Positions 37,530 through 47,700 of a DNA stretch of 56,740 bases are shown in pieces (positions within the stretch are counted from its first letter, which is position 1; the number at the start of each line of letters is the position of its first letter). The translations under genes and the position numbers were made by a program. Under the pieces are notes generated by a model. It was not told the DNA's origin. It made no database searches and saw only the letters and a program-made list of their open reading frames with translations. The stretch comes from a virus. Lineage: Duplodnaviria > Caudoviricetes. The stretch is from the IMG/VR virus record IMGVR_UViG_3300032278_003763, positions 1 to 56,740 of that record, one strand, 5' to 3'.

Positions 37530-38617
37530 ATAAGCAGTGGGAGGAAGTGGAGCCTATAGTCGCTAAGAGACTTGCTCACGTACATAAACACTCTTCTTAT
37601 ATCCTAGGCGAGGACGTCGCTGTCTTCGAAGAAAATTTTGCCTCCTTTCTCGGCGTCAAATATGCTGTTGGAGTTTCTTCCGGGCTTGACGCTCTGAAGA
37701 TAGGGCTGAGGGCTTTAAATAAAGACGAGGAAGATACCGTCGTCTTCATGCCGGCAAACACCTTCATAGCCACAGCTATTTCTGCCGAGCTAGCTTATCC
37801 TCGCGCCAAAATAATGCTTGTTGATTGTGATAAATATTTTCAAATTAGCATAGAAGATTTAGAAGATAAAATTGAGAAAAATTTAAAATTTAAAAATAAA
37901 ATAATTATTCCTGTTCATTTATATGGGTGCACAGTGGATGCTGTTGGAATAAAAAGGCTAGCAAGGAAATATAAATGTGACATTATTGAGGACGCCTCGC
38001 AATCCCACGGATCGCAATTTAGCGACGGGAGCTTCACTGGAACCTTAGGCAAGTGCGCCGCATTTTCTTTGTATCCGGGTAAAAATTTAGGTGCGGCAGG
38101 AGACGCGGGCATAATTGTTACAAACAATAAAAGGCTTTACGAAAAGATGCTGTCCTTGAGAAACTATGGGTCTGTAGAAAAATATATCCACAAAGACTTT
38201 GGGTACAACAATAGGCTAGATACAATCCAAGCCGTGATCTTAGACGAAAAACTCAAAAAATTGACGAGCTGGAATCATAACAGAAATGATGCCGCCCAGA
38301 TGTATCTAAGAGAGATAGACAACGAACTGGTTAAATTACCAGAAACTCCTAGCTACTGCGGCTTTAACAGTTATCATGTATTTCCGGTCATTTGCGAGAG
38401 GAGAAGAGAGTTACAATTAAAACTAAATGGTGGCGGTGTTGAGACAGGGATTCATTATCCCGTACCCATAGAGCTAAGCCCGCCGTACAAGAGACTGAGG
38501 GCTCGCAGTAAAAATACTAGATTTTTTAGCGAGAACATCTTAAGCTTACCCATACATCCTTTTATGAGGAATAAAGAGATTGCTCATGTTTGTAAATTAA
38601 TTAACGACTTTAGATGA
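37505..38617 (+). CDS. DegT/DnrJ/EryC1/StrS-family PLP sugar aminotransferase
   Basis: VSSGLDAL, PVHLYG, EDASQSHG, FSLYPGKNLGAAGDAG, NNRLDTIQA and IHYPVP. Confidence 0.95.
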   Translation: MQVKFNNLNKQWEEVEPIVAKRLAHVHKHSSYILGEDVAVFEENFASFLGVKYAVGVSSGLDALKIGLRALNKDEEDTVVFMPANTFIATAISAELAYPRAKIMLVDCDKYFQISIEDLEDKIEKNLKFKNKIIIPVHLYGCTVDAVGIKRLARKYKCDIIEDASQSHGSQFSDGSFTGTLGKCAAFSLYPGKNLGAAGDAGIIVTNNKRLYEKMLSLRNYGSVEKYIHKDFGYNNRLDTIQAVILDEKLKKLTSWNHNRNDAAQMYLREIDNELVKLPETPSYCGFNSYHVFPVICERRRELQLKLNGGGVETGIHYPVPIELSPPYKRLRARSKNTRFFSENILSLPIHPFMRNKEIAHVCKLINDFR

Positions 38618-39582
38618 AAAACTCAGACAAAATATTTGTAGCTGGCCACGACGGCATGGTCGGTTCCGCGATAGTAAGAAAGTTGAGAGCGAAAGGACAT
38701 CACGACAACGTCTTTACTGTGCCTCACGAAGACGTAGACTTAACCAGACAAGATCAAACGGAGGACCTTTTCGAAAGGCTGAAGCCAGACATAGTTGTCA
38801 ATTGCGCGGCAAAAGTAGGCGGAATTCACGCCAACAATACCTATAGAGCGGAGTTCATATACGAGAACCTGCAGATACAAAGCAACATCGTACATAGTTC
38901 TTATAAAGCCGGAGTCGAGAAGCTGTTATTCTTGGGTAGTTCTTGTATATACCCTAAGTTCGCAGACCAGCCCATTAAGGAGGAGTATCTGCTTTCTTCT
39001 CCGCTGGAAGACACCAACGAGCCATACGCTATAGCCAAGATAGCGGGCGTCAAAATGTGTGAGAGCTATAATAGGCAGCATGGGTGTAATTTCGTTTCGG
39101 TTATGCCCACTAATTTATATGGGCCATACGACAATTACCACCCAGAGAATTCTCACGTTTTTCCTGCTTTCATTAGGAGATTCCATGAGGCGTACGTTTA
39201 CAATAGCAAGAACGTAAAGTGCTGGGGCACGGGTAGAGCTAAGAGGGAGTTCTTACATGTTGACGAGTTAGCAGATGCTTGCTTTTTTATTCTTGAGAAT
39301 GTAAATGCTGAAGATTTGAGTAGACAAGGAATTTCTCACCTTAATATAGGTACCGGCCAAGACATATCCTTACATGATCTTGCGTACCTGATTGCTGACG
39401 CTAGTAAATATGAAGGCGCGATAACCTTTGACCTAGATAAACCAGACGGGACGCTAAGAAAGCTGTTGGATGTCTCCAGACTAAAAGACCTTGGTTGGAC
39501 GAATAAGACCTCTTTGATCGACGGGATTATTTCTACCTGCGAATGGTATAAGGAAAATAAAGACACATGGAAAAAGATATAA
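38614..39582 (+). CDS. fcl: GDP-L-fucose synthase
   Basis: AGHDGMVGSA, AAKVGGIHAN, LGSSCIYP, YAIAK, MPTNLYG, WGTG...REFLHVD and KPDG. Confidence 0.95.
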   Translation: MKNSDKIFVAGHDGMVGSAIVRKLRAKGHHDNVFTVPHEDVDLTRQDQTEDLFERLKPDIVVNCAAKVGGIHANNTYRAEFIYENLQIQSNIVHSSYKAGVEKLLFLGSSCIYPKFADQPIKEEYLLSSPLEDTNEPYAIAKIAGVKMCESYNRQHGCNFVSVMPTNLYGPYDNYHPENSHVFPAFIRRFHEAYVYNSKNVKCWGTGRAKREFLHVDELADACFFILENVNAEDLSRQGISHLNIGTGQDISLHDLAYLIADASKYEGAITFDLDKPDGTLRKLLDVSRLKDLGWTNKTSLIDGIISTCEWYKENKDTWKKI

Positions 39583-40664
39583 TTAAAAAAGTGTTGGTTA
39601 CAGGCGTGCTTGGTCAAGACGGAGCGAACATGTGCGAGCTCTTACTCGGAGAGATGAATAAGCTCGGGACGATGAAAGTATTTGGCATGGCGAGAAGATT
39701 ATCTAATCCTAATTATGTAAATTGTAAATCTTTTTTGAGTCACCCCGACTTTCAATTGGTTTACGGAGATCTTTCGGACGAGGTGAGCATAAACAGATTG
39801 GTTCAGGAAATACAACCAGATTATTTTATCAATTTCGCAGCCAATTCTTTCGTAGGTTGTTCGTGGGGTATGCCGCTTCAGGTTTTTGACGTTAACAGCC
39901 TCGGCGTCTTAAGATGCTTAGAGGCAGTTAAGAACTACAAGCCGGACTGCCGGTTTTATAGCGCTGGCAGCAGCGAACAGTTCGGTGACGTAGACTATTC
40001 TCCTCAAGACTTAAACCATCCTTTTAAACCAAGAAGCCCTTACGGCGCTTCTAAATGTGCGGCGCATCACATCATAAAGGTGTACAGAGATTCTTACGAT
40101 ATGTATGCAGTACAAGGGGTACTTTTTAATCACGAAGGCACTAAGCGTGGAGAGGAATTCGTGACAAGAAAAATTTCAAAAGGCGTAGCTAGGATATATA
40201 GCGAAATTAAAAACGTGAACAACTGGAGAGGGCGTCACGGGGTGGCTGCAGAATTTGACCCAATCGAATTAGGAAACCTTGATTCTAAAAGAGACTGGAG
40301 CGACAGCGAGGATTTTATGAAAGGCGTTTGGCTTATGCTGAACCAAGGAGAACCCAAGGACTATCTCTTAGCAAGCGGAAAGACCCATTCCATAAGAGAG
40401 TTCGTAGAGGAGGCTTTCTCCGCGCTAGGCCTTGAAGGTCATTGGGAGGGCGAAGGCTTAGAAGAAAGATACGTGGGTTCCGGTGGTAAGTATAAATATG
40501 TCTTCGTAAAGGTTAATCCAGACTTTTATAGACCTGCGGAGATAGAGATATTGCATGGGGATCCCTCCTCGGCTAAGGAAGAGCTTGGGTGGTCTCCCGA
40601 GATTTCGTTTGATGATTTAGTCAAAAAGATGGTTAGACATGATCTAAAACTTTTACAGAACTAA
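39567..40664 (+). CDS. gmd: GDP-mannose 4,6-dehydratase
   Basis: VTGVLGQDG, PRSPYGASK, LFNHE...FVTRKI, LGNLDSKRDW and RPAE. Confidence 0.95.
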   Translation: MEKDIIKKVLVTGVLGQDGANMCELLLGEMNKLGTMKVFGMARRLSNPNYVNCKSFLSHPDFQLVYGDLSDEVSINRLVQEIQPDYFINFAANSFVGCSWGMPLQVFDVNSLGVLRCLEAVKNYKPDCRFYSAGSSEQFGDVDYSPQDLNHPFKPRSPYGASKCAAHHIIKVYRDSYDMYAVQGVLFNHEGTKRGEEFVTRKISKGVARIYSEIKNVNNWRGRHGVAAEFDPIELGNLDSKRDWSDSEDFMKGVWLMLNQGEPKDYLLASGKTHSIREFVEEAFSALGLEGHWEGEGLEERYVGSGGKYKYVFVKVNPDFYRPAEIEILHGDPSSAKEELGWSPEISFDDLVKKMVRHDLKLLQN

Positions 40665-41014
40665 TGAACGCAATTGGGGAGATGATGAAGATAGGCGTAT
40701 CTAAAGGGTTTGCGTTCCATCTTTTGAAAAAGTACCCAAAGGACTTGAAGAAGAAAATAGAGTTCTTTAAGTGGCTTCTTAAAGAGAAGAAGGCTTATTC
40801 TCACAACTATTTCGTTAAGATAGTTGAAAATGGTGCCAGCGGATATTATTTTGATGAGTTTTTGCAACACAAACGGGACGGGGAAGCCATAAAAAAACTC
40901 AAAGACGTTGCTAAGAAGGGACTGATTAGGCGCGAGGTTGGGAAAGAGAAGATAGGACAAGACAAGACGGTAAGAAGAAAGAAAAATATTTTTAATTTTA
41001 TTAACAATGAGTAA
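40664..41014 (+). CDS. Hypothetical basic protein
   Basis: 116-aa ORF translationally coupled to gmd and recA. Confidence 0.6.
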   Translation: MNAIGEMMKIGVSKGFAFHLLKKYPKDLKKKIEFFKWLLKEKKAYSHNYFVKIVENGASGYYFDEFLQHKRDGEAIKKLKDVAKKGLIRREVGKEKIGQDKTVRRKKNIFNFINNE

Positions 41015-42095
41015 AGAAAAGAAATCAGAAACCTCTCCCTTGAGCCAGATAGAAGCCTATCTGCAGCAGCACAAGGGTGACCATTACAATTTTGAAGAGC
41101 AGCGCGACTATACTATTTCTAGCGGAAGCCTTCTATTGGATATCGAGATGGGCGGAGGCATTAAGCCCGGCGTTGTGCGGGCCTCAGGAGTCACTGAGGG
41201 AGGCAAAACCTCTTGTGGCCTCGCTTTCGCCAAAAACTTTCAGAAGATGGACAACAGTATGGTTATCTACGTTAAGGCCGAAGGCAGATTGTCCGATGAC
41301 CTAATCGAAAGAATGGGTATAGATATCTCGCAAGACAAGTGGTTCGTTTTTAAGTGCAATGTTTATGAAACGGTTATTAACTTAATGAGGCAGATGGTGA
41401 AAGATAATCCTTCTGATACTCGGTATATGTTTATCATAGATTCTATGGATGCTTTGATTCCTCGGGGAGACCTAGAGAAAGGTTCAGAAGAGGCGTTGAA
41501 AGTGGGAGGGGGAGCGTTATTAAGTTCAGATTTTTTACGTAGGATGGCTTTGGGTCTAGCTACTAGGGGGCACGTATGTTATATGATTTCACAAGTGCGT
41601 AGCACGATCAAGATTAATCCATATGAGAAAACCACTCCTCAGGTAACGAACGCTTCGGGAGGCAACGCGGCTTTACATTATAGTGATTGGATTTTAGAGT
41701 TTCAACCGCGATACAACAAGGACGTAATCACCTCTGGAGCCAAGGGTAAAGAAGACATACTTGGACATTGGTGCAAGGTGACCTTTAGAAAAACGCCTAA
41801 TGAAAAGACCGGCGTTAGCGTAAGGTATCCTGTTAGATATGGTAGGGTAAACGGCAAGAGTATCTGGGTAGAGAAAGAGGTTGTTGATATGATGCTGGCT
41901 TGGGACATGGCCACGGCAAAAGGCGCGTGGGTTACTATTTCTGATGAGATTATTGAAGAAGTACAAGAGAAAATTGGCTTAGAGTTCAAGAAGCAGCATC
42001 AAGGGATGGATAACTTGAGCAAGTATTTCGAAGAGAATAAAGAGGTAGGTAAATATATGTTTCATAAATTCAGGGAAGCGCTCAAAAGGTCATGA
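41007..42095 (+). CDS. recA: RecA/UvsX-like recombinase
   Basis: SSGSLLLDIEMGGG, Walker A GVTEGGKTS, Walker B FIIDSMDAL, ISQVR, SGGNAALHYS and KGAWV. Confidence 0.88.
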   Translation: MSKEKKSETSPLSQIEAYLQQHKGDHYNFEEQRDYTISSGSLLLDIEMGGGIKPGVVRASGVTEGGKTSCGLAFAKNFQKMDNSMVIYVKAEGRLSDDLIERMGIDISQDKWFVFKCNVYETVINLMRQMVKDNPSDTRYMFIIDSMDALIPRGDLEKGSEEALKVGGGALLSSDFLRRMALGLATRGHVCYMISQVRSTIKINPYEKTTPQVTNASGGNAALHYSDWILEFQPRYNKDVITSGAKGKEDILGHWCKVTFRKTPNEKTGVSVRYPVRYGRVNGKSIWVEKEVVDMMLAWDMATAKGAWVTISDEIIEEVQEKIGLEFKKQHQGMDNLSKYFEENKEVGKYMFHKFREALKRS

Positions 42096-42841
42096 TTTCC
42101 CTGAAGCATAAGTTTCTTTTTATTCACCCCCCAAAGACAGCAGGCACCAGCATAGAGCAGGCTCTAATTGAACATTGTGAATTCATAGATTCTAAATTCC
42201 GGACGGTAGGGAGAAACCCTTTACCAATAAGGAGTCAGATGTATAGAGGGAGAAATACGAAACACTGGACCCCAAGATACTACTCGAACAATTTTGATAC
42301 TAGGGGGTTCTTCAAGTTTGCTAGCATAAGAAATCCTTGGGATAGGTTTGTGTCTTATTTCTTTATGTTAACCAAAGAGCCTTGGGTGCGTGAAAATTTT
42401 CATGAATTTATTGTTCAGTGCAAAAACGACTTTACCAATACTAGATTTTCTTTTTATAGGGGCGAGGAACTCCCTTCCCATGTTCCTGAAGAAGACGAGC
42501 ATTGGATGCCTTTAGCAATGACTGGTCGGTGTGTGGATTATGACAGATGGGATTTTCGGAGTTGTCATAAAATGCTTTTGATAAACCAAACCAGAGAAGG
42601 AGAAGAGATGGACCATTTTATCAGGTTCCATAATTTGCAAGGAGACTTTGATGAGGCTTGTGATAGGATAGGAATATCTCGGAAGAAGCTTCCTCACCAT
42701 GGAAATGGAAGAGCGCCCGTAGAAAATGGGATGGGCTACACCAAACATTATACTGAATATTATGATGACGAATTAATAGAAATCGTTGCCAAAAACTATA
42801 AAGATGATATAGATTATTTTGGTTTTAAATTTGGAGAGTAA
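42092..42841 (+). CDS. Sulfotransferase (Sulfotransfer_2-like)
   Basis: FIHPPKTAGTS, IRNPWDRFVSYF, IRFHNLQGDF and YKDDIDYFGF. Confidence 0.88.
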   Translation: MISLKHKFLFIHPPKTAGTSIEQALIEHCEFIDSKFRTVGRNPLPIRSQMYRGRNTKHWTPRYYSNNFDTRGFFKFASIRNPWDRFVSYFFMLTKEPWVRENFHEFIVQCKNDFTNTRFSFYRGEELPSHVPEEDEHWMPLAMTGRCVDYDRWDFRSCHKMLLINQTREGEEMDHFIRFHNLQGDFDEACDRIGISRKKLPHHGNGRAPVENGMGYTKHYTEYYDDELIEIVAKNYKDDIDYFGFKFGE

Positions 42842-42843
42842 TA

Positions 42844-43527
42844 ATGATAAGTTTTGAAAAACGTTTTATTTTTGTGCACACTCCCAGAACTGGTGGGACG
42901 AGCATGGAAGAAGCCTTGATGGAAAGTGTCCGAGATTGTGATATACATGATGGCACTAGGCACTGGCCCTTAATAGCTTACAATAGTTCTTGGGCCAAAC
43001 TTCAAACCGGCGCTCGGTGGAATAGTTCTCTAAAGTCTGGGGACACGGTCCCCTTGTATGTTGAGTCGAAGAATTTGATTGATGACTACTTTAAGTTCAC
43101 TGTGGTTAGGAATCCTTGGGACAGAATGCTTTCGTATTTTTTGCATCTTAATGGAGGGTTTGACGAAAGGTTATTTCCCAAAATGATCAGGTTGGCTGGC
43201 AAGTCTGGAGAAGGATTTTATCCTTTCGTTAATAGAGAAAGACATAACCTTGGAGAGGACGACATCTTCCGCGTCAATTTTCAAAGTTGTCATAGCATGG
43301 CCCACAATAAAGACGGAGCTAACTCTATTGACTTTATATTGAGATTTGAAAACCTTCAAGAAGATTACGACGCCCTGTGCGATAAGATCGGGATAGAGAG
43401 AACAGAGCTTCCTCACCACAATAAGTCTGATCGGGGTCACTATAGAGACTACTATAAAAAAAGAGAGATAGATATCGTTCGCAAGAACCTTAGACAGGAT
43501 ATAAAAAAATATGGCTACGAATTTTGA
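42844..43527 (+). CDS. Sulfotransferase (Sulfotransfer_2-like), tandem paralog
   Basis: FVHTPRTGGTS, VRNPWDRMLSYF, LRFENLQEDY and DIKKYGYEF. Confidence 0.88.
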   Translation: MISFEKRFIFVHTPRTGGTSMEEALMESVRDCDIHDGTRHWPLIAYNSSWAKLQTGARWNSSLKSGDTVPLYVESKNLIDDYFKFTVVRNPWDRMLSYFLHLNGGFDERLFPKMIRLAGKSGEGFYPFVNRERHNLGEDDIFRVNFQSCHSMAHNKDGANSIDFILRFENLQEDYDALCDKIGIERTELPHHNKSDRGHYRDYYKKREIDIVRKNLRQDIKKYGYEF

Positions 43528-44143
43528 TCAAAAGAAATGGTGGGAATATGTTGGAAGCCACCCGGACATAAAGGGCACAAAAACCCACATATGGACACCC
43601 CATAAAGAAGGCGGGGCTTGGCAGGCTACGCCTATATACGAACCCCACCTAAAGATACTAAAGGAGAACATAAAGTTTGACAAGGTTTTAGACTTTGGTT
43701 GCGGTTTAGGTCGCAACTTTCCGACCCTAGAGGCTCTCTTTGAAGAAATACACGGGTTTGATACCTGCCCAATGGTTGACAAGCTCGTCTCAATTCATGA
43801 GGAAGAGGGGCTTGGATACGAATTGCTTACCTGTGATTGGGACGCCCACAAAGATAACGTGTTCGATTGTGTTTTCGAATGCACGGTTCTTCAACACATA
43901 CCAACGGAAGAGGTGAAGTCCAGATTAAAAGACATTAGTCAAATGACAGAGTATTTAGTTGGTAATTTTCGCAGCTTTAATGACCAAAACAGAGACTTCA
44001 AGCAGAACTTTGGCGGCCACAATATGATGCAGTTAGTTGAGGAAGTTGACGCTTTTGATATTGTTGACTGCTCTATAGACCCTTGGTCTGCGGCTACGCT
44101 AATGGATGATACGCACTACAACATTCTTCTGAAGTCAAAGTGA
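43511..44143 (+). CDS. Class I SAM-dependent methyltransferase
   Basis: VLDFGCGLGR and FDCVFECTVLQHIP. Confidence 0.88.
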   Translation: MATNFDQKKWWEYVGSHPDIKGTKTHIWTPHKEGGAWQATPIYEPHLKILKENIKFDKVLDFGCGLGRNFPTLEALFEEIHGFDTCPMVDKLVSIHEEEGLGYELLTCDWDAHKDNVFDCVFECTVLQHIPTEEVKSRLKDISQMTEYLVGNFRSFNDQNRDFKQNFGGHNMMQLVEEVDAFDIVDCSIDPWSAATLMDDTHYNILLKSK

Positions 44144-44556
44144 GGTTATATAATATACATGGGAAGCTCGTTAGTAAAAACGTCTCGAAATACTTAATTA
44201 AATGGGACGGAAAGTCTCGTTCGAATATACAGTTCAAAACCAAGCAGTTTCTTAAAAAGCATTGGAGCAATCAAATAGTTTACGAGGAGTTTCCTGTATA
44301 TGGTACCAGAATGAAGGTAGACATACTAAACGCTACAAAAAAGATAGCAATAGAGGTCCAAGGACGTCAACATACTAGCTTTAATAAATTTTTTCACGGC
44401 AACTCCAGACTAAAATACCTAGAGTCAATTAAGAGAGACTTTCAGAAGAGAGAATGGCTCAAAAAAAACGGCTTTCAGGTAGTAGAAATAGAAGAAGATG
44501 AGGTAAAAAAGCTTTCTGTTTCCTTTTTTTTAAAATTCTTTAATATAAACGTATAA
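44140..44556 (+). CDS. DUF559/Vsr-like PD-(D/E)xK endonuclease
   Basis: EEFPV...VDILN...IAIEVQGRQH...RDFQKREWLKKNGFQVVEI. Confidence 0.8.
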   Translation: MRLYNIHGKLVSKNVSKYLIKWDGKSRSNIQFKTKQFLKKHWSNQIVYEEFPVYGTRMKVDILNATKKIAIEVQGRQHTSFNKFFHGNSRLKYLESIKRDFQKREWLKKNGFQVVEIEEDEVKKLSVSFFLKFFNINV

Positions 44557-44566
44557 TCCCAATAAC

Positions 44567-44578
44567 AGTGTAATCATT
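44567..44578 (+). promoter_or_regulatory. AGTGTAATCATT motif (putative late promoter of the giant gene)
   Basis: 12/12 identical to 18353-18364. Confidence 0.6.
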
Positions 44579-44584
44579 CACAAT

Positions 44585-44734
44585 AGGTGTGTCGGTGACA
44601 CCTTTAAGGCGACGGGCGAGTGAAATGTTGAGGGATTTAGGATTTTTTTGTCATTTTTTCAGGAAGGTGAGCCCTTTTGGGGCTCATCATCGCTTCTTTG
44701 TCGCCCCATCATTTCAGACGGGGGGGAATAACTA
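44585..44734 (+). promoter_or_regulatory. Structured 5' leader of the giant gene
   Basis: Hairpins AGGTGT/ACACCT and TGAGCCC/GGGCTCA, crossing pairings GGCGAC/GTCGCC and TGAAATG/CATTTCA, then a G-rich RBS-like run before ATG 44735. Confidence 0.45.
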
Positions 44735-47700
44735 ATGCCTTACTATTCAAGGGTGCTGCACGGGGCGAGTATGCCGCCAATTGAGCTGCAAAGTTGCATG
44801 GCCAGCATGTTGGACTGCCCTCTGGTTGGCGGTTCGGACACGGACCCATGTGGTAACACTGCGTGGATTGAGCCTGTTACCGTTTATTGGGATAGTAGTG
44901 AGGGTGGTAACGCCACCTTGCCGGATGTTGGCCAGACTCTTTATTGTGACGATCAAGATTCGTATGCGTATGCAGTCAATAGTTATTTTGATGATATGGA
45001 CGGAAATGGCTGTTGCGACTGTCAGGATGCTGGCTTCACTACGATGATAAATTCAGACGTAGATCATTTTTTGGCTTCTGGCAATGAAGATGGTTATTTT
45101 TTCATGCAGTCGGATGACGACGGAACTAATACAACGGAGAGTTGGGAGATAGGAACTGATTCGACGTTTAATTCTGTAAGCTCTTGTTCTGGCACTCCGA
45201 CACCAACACCTAGTCCATCACCATCACCGACGCCGTCGCCGTCACCGTCACCGACACCGTCATCTACGCCCTGTTATACTGCTGAGACAGCTCACGTTTC
45301 TTATTATGATGAGTCCAACGGCTACTTGAAATATGCTAATAACTCTAGCGGAAGTTGGGTAGACACGACCGTTTCCGATACCGCTACGGATGGATTTTAT
45401 ACTTCTATTGCTATTGACAGTAGTGGTAAAGTGCACATAAGTCATCACGAAGAGTACCGTTCCCTTCGATATACAACTAATACTAGCGGGAGTTGGGTTA
45501 CCACAGAGGTAGACGGCAATGATGTCACTGGTAAGTGGACATCCATTGTTGTAGATAGCAACGACAACCCACACATAATTTATGTAAGCGAAGAGGATCA
45601 GGAGGTTAAGCACGCCACGTGCTCGTCGGACACCTCTGTCGCCGGCAACTGGACAATTGAAACGGCTTTTTCGGGGGTTGAGCCCAAGTGGGCTTCTGTT
45701 GCTATTGCTGATGATTATCTTTATCTCAGTTTTGCTGACGATGGTATGCTTGTCACAGCTACCAATTTCGGTGGAGGTGGTTGGGTTTCCGAGCCCTTAT
45801 TTTCCGAAGGTCTATACTCATCGATAACTTTAATAAAAGACGGTAGTGATATATGGCAACGGCATATAAGCCATGTTGATTCTAGCACCGGATATCTTAG
45901 ATATACGTATAGCCACGGATCTTCTAGTTGGTCGGTGGAGAATATAGATACTACTGTATATACAACATATACTTCGATTGCTGCTGCTTCAGACGGCTCC
46001 CTTCACATATCTTATGGGGACGAGGATAATTATGCACTTAAATATGCCACGAATGAACATGATGGTACGAATTGGATAATAGAAACAGTTGATGATGGTG
46101 ACGCTGGAAGCAATACTGTTGGCGAATGGAGCTCTATCGCTGTAGATGGGAACAACGTTGTTTATATTTCTTATTATGATGATACAAATGCAAACATAAA
46201 GGTCGCCGATAACCATTGTGGTTGGAGCATTCAAATTGCAGACGATGAGGATTTGGAGAGCGGTGATACCGTAGGACGATACACCTCTTTAGCTCTTGGC
46301 GCCGGCGGTGCTACCGATACGCCTACACCATCACCTAGCCCTAGCCCTACGCCATCGCCGTCACCAACGCCTACGCCCTCGCCGTCACCAACGCCTACGC
46401 CCTCGCCGTCACCAACGCCTACTCCTTCGCCGTCACCAACGCCTACTCCTTCGCCGTCACCAACGCCTACTCCTTCGCCGTCACCAACGCCTACTCCTTC
46501 GCCGTCACCAACGCCTACGCCATCACCGTCAGCTACTGCGTCACCGTCACCGACGCCTACTCCTTCGCCTTCGCCTTCGTCGATATGCCCACCCACGGTT
46601 TACGCCTACGGCTTCCAAGCTCCCAACGCTCACTTTAATGGCACTTGGCAAATAATTAGTGTCATTGTTAATGGTCGTGAGGTTTATCGAACCGGCTCGC
46701 CCGGTGCGTATTGGTATATGTGGTACGGCGTCGGTGGATGGAAAATGGGCAATTTGGTAACTGCTGATTGTTCGATGGATACCGACGAAAGTTGTCCGGA
46801 ATCAATTAGCGCAGGAGACTGGGGGGCGTGTGGTGGCACGACAACCACAGGCACTGGGACACCATCACCTAGTCCGTCACCGACGCCGACGCCGTCGCCT
46901 AGCCCGACGTCGGAGGGTGATGATGGATGTGATGGGTGTGTAGACGTGACTGGATTTGATGCGGTAGCTAATGGAACCCTAAATGGAGTTTATACAAGGG
47001 GGGCTTCGCTCTGGTATGGAAAACCGTATTGGGAGAAGGGCACCAATGGTACGGGGTTTGCTTACGCATATATTTATTATAATCCAGCGAATAGTAGATG
47101 GGAAATAAGTTACGCTACTTTTTATGATAATGGCATCGGTGTCGCTTGGTGGGCGACACAAGACACTGATCAAGCTTGCCCGTTCTCAAATTTAGACGGT
47201 TGGACTTCTAGCGGTAATGTTGGAGGCACCCCACTCTTAGCGACGAATAGTTGTCCGACTGAGACCCCTACTCCGTCGCCGTCACCGTCTCCTAGTCCGT
47301 CGCCCTCGCCATCAGCTACTGCGTCACCGTCACCAACTCCCACGCCCTCGCCATCAGCGACGGCGGGGGGTTGCCAAGGATGCGAAGACCCCGAGTATCC
47401 GGGGACATATGCCGCATTGTGGAATTATCCTAATTTTATTGATTACTGCGATGGAGATGGTCCAACTATAGCTTGTTACAAAGGTAGGTGCTATAGATGT
47501 ACTGAGTATGTAGGACCGAACGGCGCCAACAACTTACCCCCAGATCAGACAGATAAATGGGTGATAGATGATTGTTGTGATGGTTCGTCTTGCTGCCCGA
47601 CTGGGTCACCGACTCCTACGCCGTCACCGTCACCATCACCCACGGCATCATGCGATGGTGAGACATGCGGAGACTTTTTCTCTTGGGTGAGCTGGGAAGG

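Noticed and set aside
32174-40664. Host chromosomal O-antigen/capsule locus flanking a prophage
   Set aside because: No wzx/wzy/wzm/wzt, integrase or housekeeping genes are present. The cluster is coupled to phage-type recA and nuclease genes and shares the promoter style of the rest of the window.
40661-40960. Minus-strand 99-aa ORF opposite 40664-41014
   Set aside because: The plus-strand ORF is translationally coupled to gmd and recA and fits the operon direction.
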